From positions 1,034,705 through 1,098,704 of the forward strand of contig CBDCUI010000008.1 in NCBI GenBank assembly GCA_965222615.1: 64,000 nucleotides of DNA. The letters run 5' to 3'. The position numbers and the translations under genes are program-made. This document shows positions 20,695-30,408 of the stretch, piece after piece. The notes under the pieces are model-generated. The model did not search any database. It was not told the DNA's origin and was given only the letters and a program-made list of their open reading frames with translations. Source of the stretch: Gammaproteobacteria bacterium (GTDB taxonomy: Bacteria; Pseudomonadota; Gammaproteobacteria; UBA4575). The first letter of the stretch is position 1; each line of letters begins with the position of its first letter.

Positions 20695-22796
20695 TAATGG
20701 TTACGATCTACAAATGAGCTTGATTTATGCGATGTTAAAATTTTAGCTAAATCAGTTGCAATATTTGCAGTTTCGTCAAGTAAAACATCAATATATTCAT
20801 CATCATCATCAAGCTTATTTAAATTATCTTCGGTGTTTTTTAAGTAGTTTTGATACTTAGAACGTGTAGACTCATACAACTCGTATTCTTTCCTTCGTTT
20901 AGACTCAAGTAATGAAACCGTTTCTTGATTTCTTAATTTAAAATCTAGCTCTAATAATTTTACTAGCGAATTAAATTTTTCGTCTTTTCTAATGCGGGCA
21001 GTATGTAAACTCGAAGTATTTCTAATGATCTGATCATTAACTGAGCCATAATGATAGTTAACTGGAGAAATTGAACTCCATGGCAACGCATTTTTAAGTG
21101 CGCGTTCACCATATTTCTCTCCTGAAAAAATTGTATTGAAATCGATGTCTGGTTCAACACCACGATGTTGTGTACTGCCTCCATTAACTCTAAAATATTG
21201 TGCAATAGTTGCTTTTAATTGCCCGAGTTTTTCATCACGTTTAGCATCAAAATTATTTAAATCGACTAATTGTTGTACAGTACCTTTCCCAAATGTTGTT
21301 TCGCCAACTACGATACCACGGTGGTAATCTTGTATTGCACTTGCAACTATCTCAGAAGCTGAGGCACTAAATCGATCAACCAACACAACCAACGGGCCTT
21401 TATATGAAATGCTTGAATCTAGATCTCGATGGACTTCTATATGCCCATTTGAACTGCGAACTTGTACAATGGGCCCATCATTGATGAATAATCCTGTTAA
21501 CTGAGTAGCTTCAGTTAATGATCCGCCTCCATTGCTGCGTAAATCTAGAATCAACGCGTCAATATTTTCAGAATTTAAGTTCGAAATTAAGTTGTCTACA
21601 TCGCGTGTTGTACTGCGATAGTCTGAATCTCCTCGTTGGTAGGCTTGGAAATCTATATAAAATGCAGGTATATCAATCACTCCAATTTTATAGTCTTGCT
21701 TAGAATCCTTAATATGTATGACTTCGCTTTTTGCAGCTTGTTCTTCTAATTTAATTTTGTCACGTGTGATTTGAATTTCTTTTATTTTCGCATTTTGACC
21801 TTCATCACCAGGTAGAATTTGTAAACTTACTTTTGTGCCTTTAGCACCGCGGATAAGTTCAACTACTTCTTCTAAACGCCACCCAACTACATCTTTAAAT
21901 TCTTTTTCATCTTGTTGCGCAATGCCTATAATGCGATCACTTGCATGCAATAGATCACTTAAATCTGCTGGTCCCCCAGGGATAATTCTTTCTACCAAGG
22001 TATAGTCACCATCAGTTCGAAGCAGTGCGCCAATTCCTTCGAGTGAAAGGCTCATACGTATTTCAAAATTTTCTGAAGTACGAGGAGACAAATAACTTGT
22101 ATGTGGCTCTAGTGTGCTAGCAAAGGCATTAATAAATAGCTGATAAACGTCTTCTGAATCAACCTGTTGGCTTCGCCTTGCAATAGCGTTATAGCGTTTT
22201 TCTAACGTTTCTTTAATTTCATCGGGATCTTTGTCCGCTAGTTTGAGCGAGAGAACATCATTCTTAATACGTTTCCGCCAAATTTCATCGAGTTCATTTT
22301 TATTTTGTGCCCAATCCAGGTTTGAACGATCGATAATTAATTCCTCGTCAATCGTAAAATCGAATTTTTTATCTAAAAGATTTATCGCATACAATACACG
22401 CTCTTCCACCCTAGCTTGATAGAGACGAAACATTTTAAATGGGGTGCCGAGTTCAGGGTTATCTAAAGCTTCATCAAACTTAAACCTGAAAACATGAAAG
22501 CTATCGATATCTTTTTGATAAAAATAGCTTCGGTTTGGATCTAATACATCTATGTAAGCGTAAAGTATTTTGTCGGATAGGTTGTTGTTAAGTGTAAAAT
22601 TTTTATAATGATACTTATCTAAAAAGTGAGTAATCAGTTTAGTAGCACGAGTATGTTCTTTTTGAGGTGCTAAAGAAGATTTAGTATTTCCATAAGTATT
22701 TGGAGTAATGGCTAATACCGTTACCAAAACAACGAGGATCGTAAGTGGAAATGTAGGAAATTTAAACAATATTATTTTAGACATTGAAATATCCAT
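20694..22796 (-). CDS. prc: carboxy-terminal (tail-specific) processing protease
   Basis: EPHTSY, LEGIGA PDZ, DLRSNGGG, SASASEI, FGKGTVQ. Confidence 0.93.
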   Translation of the reverse strand: MDISMSKIILFKFPTFPLTILVVLVTVLAITPNTYGNTKSSLAPQKEHTRATKLITHFLDKYHYKNFTLNNNLSDKILYAYIDVLDPNRSYFYQKDIDSFHVFRFKFDEALDNPELGTPFKMFRLYQARVEERVLYAINLLDKKFDFTIDEELIIDRSNLDWAQNKNELDEIWRKRIKNDVLSLKLADKDPDEIKETLEKRYNAIARRSQQVDSEDVYQLFINAFASTLEPHTSYLSPRTSENFEIRMSLSLEGIGALLRTDGDYTLVERIIPGGPADLSDLLHASDRIIGIAQQDEKEFKDVVGWRLEEVVELIRGAKGTKVSLQILPGDEGQNAKIKEIQITRDKIKLEEQAAKSEVIHIKDSKQDYKIGVIDIPAFYIDFQAYQRGDSDYRSTTRDVDNLISNLNSENIDALILDLRSNGGGSLTEATQLTGLFINDGPIVQVRSSNGHIEVHRDLDSSISYKGPLVVLVDRFSASASEIVASAIQDYHRGIVVGETTFGKGTVQQLVDLNNFDAKRDEKLGQLKATIAQYFRVNGGSTQHRGVEPDIDFNTIFSGEKYGERALKNALPWSSISPVNYHYGSVNDQIIRNTSSLHTARIRKDEKFNSLVKLLELDFKLRNQETVSLLESKRRKEYELYESTRSKYQNYLKNTEDNLNKLDDDDEYIDVLLDETANIATDLAKILTSHKSSSFVDRNH

Positions 22797-23060
22797 ATAA
22801 CAACAGCCGTTTCTTAAAATCAGTATTTATATTTGTTAAGTATATAGGTAAATAGGACCCATTTTTTAGCATTGGGCGTACAAATATTGGTAATAATAGT
22901 TGACTGAAGCCAATATGTATATGTAAACAACTGATTGTAAGAACTATATTTAACTTGCTATGCTTCAGAGGTAAAAGCTGTATCAGATGTCTAAATAGGC
23001 TGATATCAGGCGGGCCAATGGCTTAATCATTATAAAATCGATATTAAAGTACTTAATCCA

Positions 23061-24548
23061 TTGACTGAAAATAGAACTGTATTAATCGGGAAAAGTGATG
23101 TACTGCAGACACTTTTCTTAAATCGTGCCAACCGTCATGGCTTGATTGCCGGGGCTACGGGTACAGGCAAGACGGTCACATTACAAATTCTTGCAGAAGG
23201 TTTTTCTCAGGCCGGGGTACCTGTGTTTGCTGCCGATATCAAAGGCGATTTAAGCGGTATTAGCCAAGCTATTGAATCGAAGCCTAAGCTTGTAGCGCGA
23301 GCTGTCAAAACAGGTATCGAAAACTACACGCCTCGAGGTTTTCCAACCTTATTTTGGGACATCTTTGGTAAACGAGGTCATCCAGTCCGTACCACGGTTT
23401 CTGAAATGGGCCCACTACTACTCTCAAGATTATTAGAACTAAATGATACGCAAGAGGGCGTGCTGAACATCACCTTTAAGCTCGCTGATGATGAAGGGTT
23501 ATTGCTTTTAGATTTCAAAGACCTGCGCGCTATGCTTAATTATGTAGGCGAACATTCATCGGAGTTAACCGTTGACTATGGAAACGTTAGTAAGCGGTCT
23601 ATAGGTGCTATACAGAGAAGACTATTGGTTTTAGAACAGCAAGGGGCAAAAAACTTTTTTGGTGAACCTGCGTTGGACTTGAAAGATTTAATGAAAACCA
23701 ATGAAGATGGAATGGGTTTCATTAATTTACTCGCTGCAGATAAGCTAATGACAAGCCCACGCTTATACTCAACCTTCTTATTATGGTTATTGTCAGAATT
23801 ATTTGAAGAGTTACCCGAAGTGGGCGACCCAGATAAGCCTAAGCTTGTTTTTTTCTTTGATGAGGCGCATTTGCTATTTAAAGATGCTCCCAAAGCTCTT
23901 GTTCAGAAAGTAGTACAGGTAGTTCGCTTGATACGCTCTAAAGGAGTAGGAGTTTATTTTGTTACTCAAAATCCAATTGATGTACCTGATGAAGTATTGG
24001 GACAGCTGGGTAATAGGGTTCAACATGCACTGAGGGCATATACTCCACGAGACAAAAAAGCAGTAAAAGCTGCTGCCACGACATTTAGGGAAAATCCAAA
24101 CCTCAATACTGAAAAAGTAATCACTGAATTAGGAGTAGGTGAAGCGCTAGTTTCGGTTTTAGACCTAAAAGGTGTGCCGACAATGGTACAACAAACCTTA
24201 ATACGACCTCCTGAGTCTAGGATGGGGCCTGCGAAGCCAGCTGAACGAAAAGCTGTGTTTGCAAAAAGCCCAATTAAAGGTGTCTATGATAAAAAAATAG
24301 ATCGGGAAAGTGCTGCTGAAAAACTGAAAGCGCGTACAGAGAAAGCCGCGCAAAAAGCAAAAGAAATTGAAACAGAAAGAGAATATAAAGCAAAAAAAGC
24401 CAAACGAAAGAGCGCGAGTCGGGAAAAACGTACCAGACGTGAATCTACCACCCAAACAGTGATAAAAAGTGCTACTAAAATTGCCACATCGCGTTTGGGT
24501 CAATCGATTATAAGAGGGGTGTTAGGCTCAATATTTAAAGGCCGCTAA
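23061..24548 (+). CDS. DUF853/YjgR-family HerA-like ATPase
   Basis: [42 protein letters not shown]. Confidence 0.9.
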   Translation: MTENRTVLIGKSDVLQTLFLNRANRHGLIAGATGTGKTVTLQILAEGFSQAGVPVFAADIKGDLSGISQAIESKPKLVARAVKTGIENYTPRGFPTLFWDIFGKRGHPVRTTVSEMGPLLLSRLLELNDTQEGVLNITFKLADDEGLLLLDFKDLRAMLNYVGEHSSELTVDYGNVSKRSIGAIQRRLLVLEQQGAKNFFGEPALDLKDLMKTNEDGMGFINLLAADKLMTSPRLYSTFLLWLLSELFEELPEVGDPDKPKLVFFFDEAHLLFKDAPKALVQKVVQVVRLIRSKGVGVYFVTQNPIDVPDEVLGQLGNRVQHALRAYTPRDKKAVKAAATTFRENPNLNTEKVITELGVGEALVSVLDLKGVPTMVQQTLIRPPESRMGPAKPAERKAVFAKSPIKGVYDKKIDRESAAEKLKARTEKAAQKAKEIETEREYKAKKAKRKSASREKRTRRESTTQTVIKSATKIATSRLGQSIIRGVLGSIFKGR

Positions 24549-24644
24549 GTAGATTTATTTTTATATCTGTGTTGGCTTTAGTTATAGTTTTGTGTCTAAG
24601 TTAAGTTTTGCTATAGGTTTTTAACTATTATTGGGGAAACTAGT

Positions 24645-24920
24645 ATGTTTGGGACATTTTTATTATTTATTATATATGTTGTAACCTCGCTTGGCGCATT
24701 AGTAAGTTTAATTGCCGCAGTGTTTTTTTTCTTAAAGACAAAGAACGAATTGCACCGACCTAGGGAAATTGCAGAGATATTGAAAGAGCCTTCGATTTTT
24801 ATGTCTGAACATGAGTTTAGTGAGGATGGAAATCAATATCGTCTCTGGTTTTTGCGATTACTGAGCACAGCTGCTGGCCTTATTGTTTTATATATATTAT
24901 TAAAGCTAATTCTTGCCTAG
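24645..24920 (+). CDS. hypothetical membrane protein
   Basis: 91 aa, two hydrophobic segments, GGGGA RBS. Confidence 0.55.
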   Translation: MFGTFLLFIIYVVTSLGALVSLIAAVFFFLKTKNELHRPREIAEILKEPSIFMSEHEFSEDGNQYRLWFLRLLSTAAGLIVLYILLKLILA

Positions 24921-25022
24921 ACTAATGCGAAGTGACTATAGGTAATATTTTCTGTGTTAGTTACTTATTAATAAAAAATAGTAAATAAATGGGAGTGTTA
25001 ATTTCTGTAATGTGGTATTGAT

Positions 25023-25391
25023 ATGAATGCAGATCAAGTATTAAAGCAATGGGAAAAGTCATTGAATAATGGTGATTTGACTAATGTTGTTAGTCTGTAT
25101 GCGAAAGATGCAGTACTTTGGGCCACTTTTTCAAAAATTATTCGCAATAATCCAGATTTAATTGAGCAATATTTTCAAGACTTATTGCAGAAAAAAAACT
25201 TTAGAGTCAATTTTAGTTCTTCTAATGGCAGAGCCTATGAAAATACTCATTTGTACTCTGGAACATATGAATTTTCATATCTGGACAGTAACCTGATAAC
25301 ATTTCCCGCTCGATTTACTTTTGTTATATGTAAAAATGAAGCTGGTGGTTATAAAATCGTAGAACATCACTCTTCTTTAATTCCAGATTAG
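25023..25391 (+). CDS. SnoaL/NTF2-like (CaMKII association domain) protein; possible iota carbonic anhydrase
   Basis: LYAKDAVLWATFS, YF, GTYEF, ARFTFV, C-terminal HHSS. Confidence 0.7.
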   Translation: MNADQVLKQWEKSLNNGDLTNVVSLYAKDAVLWATFSKIIRNNPDLIEQYFQDLLQKKNFRVNFSSSNGRAYENTHLYSGTYEFSYLDSNLITFPARFTFVICKNEAGGYKIVEHHSSLIPD

Positions 25392-25395
25392 AATT

Positions 25396-26559
25396 TTAGG
25401 CTAAGATCGAATTTAAGCCTTTTTGTAAGCGCTCTAACCCTATTTCTAAATCACGATCTGAAAGCGCACCATAGGATAATCTCAAAGTACAGTTATTTTC
25501 AATGCCAAAAGCAGAGCCAGGAATCGTAGCGACACCAAATTTCTCAATTAAAAGTTTTACTAGTTGCATATCATCCATTTCCGTATCGATACTAAGTAAT
25601 ACATAAAAAGCACCTTCAGATAGAGGTGTATTTTTCAAGCAATGTAATTCGTTAAGTGTATTCAAAACTAAGTTGCGTTTTTTTGACATTGCATCACGTT
25701 TTGTCTCGATAAATGAGTAACCGGAATCAAGCGCACCAATTGCAGCATATTGAGAAATTACTGGCGGTGAAATTAAAATGGTATCTTGTATTTTTTTTAC
25801 TGCGTCCAATAAATGTTTTGGAATGACCATGTAACCTACACGCCAACCTGCAAACCCAAATCCCTTTGAAAAAGAATACAGTGAGATGGTGTAATCGCTA
25901 GTTGCAGGATCAGATGCTACGGAATAATGTGTGTTGTTATCGTAATAAAAATCTTCATAGGCTTCGTCGCTAATATGATAGAGTTTATGTTGTCGACATA
26001 AATTATTTACAGTCTTTAACTCATTTTTCGTATACACCGTGCCACTGGGATTATTAGGACTGATCGTCACTATCGCCTTAGTTTTGGGAGTAATTGCCGC
26101 TTCTAGCTTGCCAATATCCAAGTGGAAATGTTCATCCGTTGGCACCAATACCGGTATACATTTTTCCATCATTAAGGACATTTCATGATTAAAATAATAA
26201 GGAAGAGGAAGTATGACTTCATCACCTGGATCTGTGATAGCAAGAATGGCGGTGTTGAAAGCCATATTAGAGCCTGCAGTGACGACTATTTTATTCACAG
26301 AATTAATTTTGATTCCGTTCTGTGTTTGTAGTTTATTAGTTAAAGCTTCTTGTAGATCTGGTATGCCTTCAACAGGACCATAGTGATTGATTGCAGGATC
26401 TGTTAGCGAATGTTGCACTTTGCGAAAGGCTTCGGGAGGAGGCCCATAAAATGCAACACCTTGTCCAAACGAAATGGTACCTTCGTGCTTTCTAGTTAAT
26501 TTTCCGATTAATGGAATAATAGGATTTTGTACCGCGTCCAAGCGTTGGCTATTTTTCAT
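25396..26559 (-). CDS. PLP-dependent aminotransferase class I/II
   Basis: SPNNPSG, SDEAY, SFSKGFGFAGWRVG. Confidence 0.9.
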   Translation of the reverse strand: MKNSQRLDAVQNPIIPLIGKLTRKHEGTISFGQGVAFYGPPPEAFRKVQHSLTDPAINHYGPVEGIPDLQEALTNKLQTQNGIKINSVNKIVVTAGSNMAFNTAILAITDPGDEVILPLPYYFNHEMSLMMEKCIPVLVPTDEHFHLDIGKLEAAITPKTKAIVTISPNNPSGTVYTKNELKTVNNLCRQHKLYHISDEAYEDFYYDNNTHYSVASDPATSDYTISLYSFSKGFGFAGWRVGYMVIPKHLLDAVKKIQDTILISPPVISQYAAIGALDSGYSFIETKRDAMSKKRNLVLNTLNELHCLKNTPLSEGAFYVLLSIDTEMDDMQLVKLLIEKFGVATIPGSAFGIENNCTLRLSYGALSDRDLEIGLERLQKGLNSILA

Positions 26560-26576
26560 ATCAGCGCAATAGATAT

Positions 26577-28835
26577 TTATAGAGTTATGCGTCGATAAAT
26601 ATCAGAAACTTTATAAGGGAGTCTGTCGACTTCATTGACTACAGTGAAATTAACTGCACCATACATATGTTGTAGATAATCCATGGCTTCTTGGTCAATC
26701 GTAATACAAAAAGGATGTATGCCCAAGAATTTTGCTTCAATTAGTGCACGGCGAGTATCTTCAATTCCATAAGGTCCTCGATAGCCATCTTGATCGTCAG
26801 GTCGGCCATCGGATAATGTAATTAGGATTTTGGTGCGTGCTTCCACTTGGTGTAATAGTTTTGTTAAATGCCGTATCGCAACTCCCATGCGCGTGTAGTC
26901 TTGCGGTTGTATCCCACTAATTCGAGCTTTAACCTCTTCATTATAGAGCTCATCAAATTCTTTTACTTTGTACAGTTCACAGCGTTCATGTGTGACACCG
27001 GAAAATCCATAAATTGCATACCGATCTCCTAGTATTTCTAGTGACTCACAAAGCAAGACCAGCGCTTCACGTTCCATTTCATTGATCCAGCCGGTGGTGG
27101 AACCACTCATGTCAATCATGAACATAACCGCAATGTTGCGATCAATTTTTCGTGACTTTATGAAAAGATTTTGTGATGCCTCAAAGCCGGCTTTAGTGTC
27201 AGAGAATGCTTCGATAACGGAGTCCAGATCAATATCATCGCCATACGGTTGACGTTTTACTCGTTTGTCGTCTTCGCGTAATGCTTCGAATGTTCGGTGT
27301 AAATGTTTTAATAAGTTGCGGTGCTTTTGTAATGTATTGTTTACAAAGTTATCATGAATAGGATGTACAGAGATTTCTTTTAGATGACACCACTCTTTAC
27401 GATATTTTTGACGTGAATGATCCCACTCATCATATAAAAATATATCTTCATGTTCGTTATTTTCCTCAGTGTCATCGTCTTCCGTAACTTGGACTTCATC
27501 GTCGTATTGACTATCATTAGAAGGAACTAAATAATCATCCGGAATTTCTCCTAGATCCTGTAGTATAGATTCTAATAATTGCTGTACATCATCGGGTGGA
27601 TCAATCGTCTTGTCATCAAACTGCAATTCAACTTTGTATCCATCAAGTAGCGACTCATTTTCGGTTTCTTGTATTGAAAAACCTTCATTTTCGCTTGCAT
27701 TCTCTTCTTCATTACTAGCGTTCGCACCACTAGCTTTTTCAAGTTCACGTTGCAGTTCGGCTAATTTATCTTTCAAATTTTCTTTTTCACGTTCCAGCCT
27801 TGCTTGAATCGTCTTCCAAGTTTCACGAGGTATTAGGATTCCTTGATATATTTTATCAGCTGGGTATTGTTCGTCCTTATACACAGTTTCTAAAAAGAAC
27901 ATGGTATCTTGTACGGTAGTATCATCTTCACGTAATTTTTCTAAAGCAAGTTGCCAATTTTTAGAAAGCTTAGAATTTTCTTGATCAGTAGATAGATTTT
28001 TTATTGCCCTTGAAACACCAGGTAGCTCACGTTCAATGCAAGCATCCAAACGAATAGTTTCAAGTTTATGAAAAAGTGACAGTGCACGATCTGGATCTTT
28101 ATAGGTTTTAGCCAAAGCATCTACATTCATACGCCATGTACCAAACCAAGTTTGAGCCCATTGATGTACAGCCATAGCTTTGTATAGAATGAAATTGTTT
28201 TCTCGCTTGGTAAAATCAGCAGAAATTTCTGGCAAGCGAATTGTTTCGGTATCCGTATAAAGAGAATCACTACTTTCAATACTTAGTTTTCTTCCATTTA
28301 AGCCAATAACAAAACTTTCTAAAATTCGAGAAACTTCTGTTAATGCAATACTTGCTGGGGCGTGTGAGAAAGATTGAATATATTTATCAACATCTCTCAT
28401 AGTATCGATTGCACCGTTTACTCCTGTTTCGTTATAAACTTCCAAGATTTTACTAATCCAGTCATCCCATTTTTCTTCATCGATGAGTTGTAAACTTGGT
28501 GGAGCGAATTGGCAGAAATTAAATGCAAGTTCGACATCGGTGGCACAAATTTTTTCTACAGAACTTAAAAATCGGTCCTGGTCTACTTTAGGAAACACCG
28601 CAAGCTCTTTAGCAGGTTCAAATACACTGCGATGTAAAGACAGTACCTGGTCTACGAGTAACTCCATGCGTAATTGCATTTCGCGAACCCCTCGACCCCC
28701 ATATGATGCGCTAGTGGTTAGACCTTGGCGTTCAAGTGATTTAATGTATCCGCCTTCTTTGCTGTAGGCACGTATTTCAGACGCATCATTATTATTATTT
28801 TGCCGGCGTTTTTTTAATAATTTATTCCAAAACAT
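26577..28835 (-). CDS. CbbO/NorD-like von Willebrand A domain protein
   Basis: YDEWD, GDDIDLD, MIDAS DMSGS..YTRMG..SDG, IEDTRRA, HPFCITID. Confidence 0.85.
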   Translation of the reverse strand: MFWNKLLKKRRQNNNNDASEIRAYSKEGGYIKSLERQGLTTSASYGGRGVREMQLRMELLVDQVLSLHRSVFEPAKELAVFPKVDQDRFLSSVEKICATDVELAFNFCQFAPPSLQLIDEEKWDDWISKILEVYNETGVNGAIDTMRDVDKYIQSFSHAPASIALTEVSRILESFVIGLNGRKLSIESSDSLYTDTETIRLPEISADFTKRENNFILYKAMAVHQWAQTWFGTWRMNVDALAKTYKDPDRALSLFHKLETIRLDACIERELPGVSRAIKNLSTDQENSKLSKNWQLALEKLREDDTTVQDTMFFLETVYKDEQYPADKIYQGILIPRETWKTIQARLEREKENLKDKLAELQRELEKASGANASNEEENASENEGFSIQETENESLLDGYKVELQFDDKTIDPPDDVQQLLESILQDLGEIPDDYLVPSNDSQYDDEVQVTEDDDTEENNEHEDIFLYDEWDHSRQKYRKEWCHLKEISVHPIHDNFVNNTLQKHRNLLKHLHRTFEALREDDKRVKRQPYGDDIDLDSVIEAFSDTKAGFEASQNLFIKSRKIDRNIAVMFMIDMSGSTTGWINEMEREALVLLCESLEILGDRYAIYGFSGVTHERCELYKVKEFDELYNEEVKARISGIQPQDYTRMGVAIRHLTKLLHQVEARTKILITLSDGRPDDQDGYRGPYGIEDTRRALIEAKFLGIHPFCITIDQEAMDYLQHMYGAVNFTVVNEVDRLPYKVSDIYRRITL

Positions 28836-28863
28836 TGCGGTTATTTTTATATAAGCTAAAAAA

Positions 28864-29598
28864 TCAAGCTGCTTTCTTTAATAAAATATCTTTGGCCTGA
28901 TTAATTTTTGATGCCAAATAGTCATTGCCGCCGCGATCGGGATGAAGTTTTTGCATTAAACGACGATGTGCTTCAATAATTTCTTCATCGTTTGCATTTT
29001 TATCTAGACCTAAGATGTTATACGCTTCTTCAACAGACATGGAAAAATTTTGTGTGGCCTTTGCCTGTGAAAAGTCTTCTTCTTCAACCTGATCTCTCCA
29101 TTTATCATCGTATTTACGATCTAAATAGGCTTCTAATAATTGAGCCGAGTCCGTATCTAGGTGTGCTAGTTCTTTATATAGATCCACCAATTCCGCGAGA
29201 GTTAAGTTATCTAAACTTTTTCCACTATGGGCACCTTTTTTTACTTGACCAGTCATTTCTCCACTTATGTGATCTAAGTTCATAAGTAAATATTCAGTTT
29301 CCACACATGAATTTTGATTTGGGTTAGAACTGGTATTTACATTTCTAAATTGTGTGAATAATCGACCGATTAAAGGTGCATAACTAAGTAGAGATAACAC
29401 TCTTTGAAGTAGAGGCACCATGGCGGCAAATAATGCAAATAACCAATGTAGCCTTCCAGTCAGGGCTAAACCGATCAAAACGATGGCAGTCAGAATTGAA
29501 ATTGCCTGTATTTTTTTTTGTTTGGGTTGCTTACGCACCCATCGCATAAATAAAAATAAGCCAATTATTCCTGCAATGATGAGTAACTGTTGAATCAT
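28864..29598 (-). CDS. membrane-anchored DnaJ-domain protein
   Basis: N-terminal TMs; LDHISGEM; C-terminal J domain EAYNILGL..LHPDRGG..INQAKD. Confidence 0.88.
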   Translation of the reverse strand: MIQQLLIIAGIIGLFLFMRWVRKQPKQKKIQAISILTAIVLIGLALTGRLHWLFALFAAMVPLLQRVLSLLSYAPLIGRLFTQFRNVNTSSNPNQNSCVETEYLLMNLDHISGEMTGQVKKGAHSGKSLDNLTLAELVDLYKELAHLDTDSAQLLEAYLDRKYDDKWRDQVEEEDFSQAKATQNFSMSVEEAYNILGLDKNANDEEIIEAHRRLMQKLHPDRGGNDYLASKINQAKDILLKKAA

Positions 29599-30305
29599 TT
29601 AGATTGGTCTGTTAACTGTTTAATGAGATCAGCACTTAATTCTGAATTTTTTTGTTTGTGTTTTTTTAGAGCGTTAATTCCACCCACTGCATAAACGGCT
29701 GCGGTCTTAAGTAGAGCGCGTAGTTGTTCGGCACTGGATTGATCGAATCGGCAATAAGCGCCTTTAGTAATTTGTGCAATATGTCGAAAAGTACGTTCCG
29801 CAATAGGTTCGTGTCCTTCGTGAAATATAAATACGGGAATTGCGCGCAAAGCAAGTTGGCCAGCCTGTTCGTAGAGTCTATCAGCCAGTTCTTCCATACA
29901 GTCACCAATAAAAACTAAAGCATTTACTTTGTTTGTTTTAGATTGAGTAAGGGTATGTTTAAGGATACGCTCTATTTGTGTTTGGCCCGCTTTACATCGA
30001 ACGGCAGTCATCACATTTTGCAGCTGAGAGGCATTTTGTGTCCAATTCGTGGTGTGAAATTCACCATACCCTTGGTAATAGCAGAGTTGTACTTGCAATT
30101 GTCCTAGTTCAGCAGTTTCAGTAAACATCTCAGCTTGTAATTGACAGGCGATGTCCCAGCATGGCTCACGGCTAGCAGTAGCATCCATACCAAAGATCAA
30201 TTTTCCCATTGAATCGGATGCAGCTGGGGCAGGTATTTTTGACGCCTGTTCCAAGAAAGACTTTACCGAGGATGATTGGGTAGATATGCTTTTCGACCTT
30301 GCCAT
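29595..30305 (-). CDS. vWA-domain protein
   Basis: MIDAS-like DATAS, GQTQI, FIGDCMEE; overlaps the DnaJ gene start. Confidence 0.82.
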   Translation of the reverse strand: MARSKSISTQSSSVKSFLEQASKIPAPAASDSMGKLIFGMDATASREPCWDIACQLQAEMFTETAELGQLQVQLCYYQGYGEFHTTNWTQNASQLQNVMTAVRCKAGQTQIERILKHTLTQSKTNKVNALVFIGDCMEELADRLYEQAGQLALRAIPVFIFHEGHEPIAERTFRHIAQITKGAYCRFDQSSAEQLRALLKTAAVYAVGGINALKKHKQKNSELSADLIKQLTDQSK

Positions 30306-30408
30306 ATTGAAATAATTAAATAAATCTCAAATTTTCACTTCTAGTTTAACCCAAATGGGTGTCTTGGTCGTTTAAGCATGTAAATCTAGGGAAAATAAAG
30401 GATTAACG

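Noticed and set aside
23061-24548. HerA-based anti-phage system
   Set aside because: The sequence fits the widespread DUF853/YjgR family, and no Sir2, NurA or other nuclease partner is adjacent.
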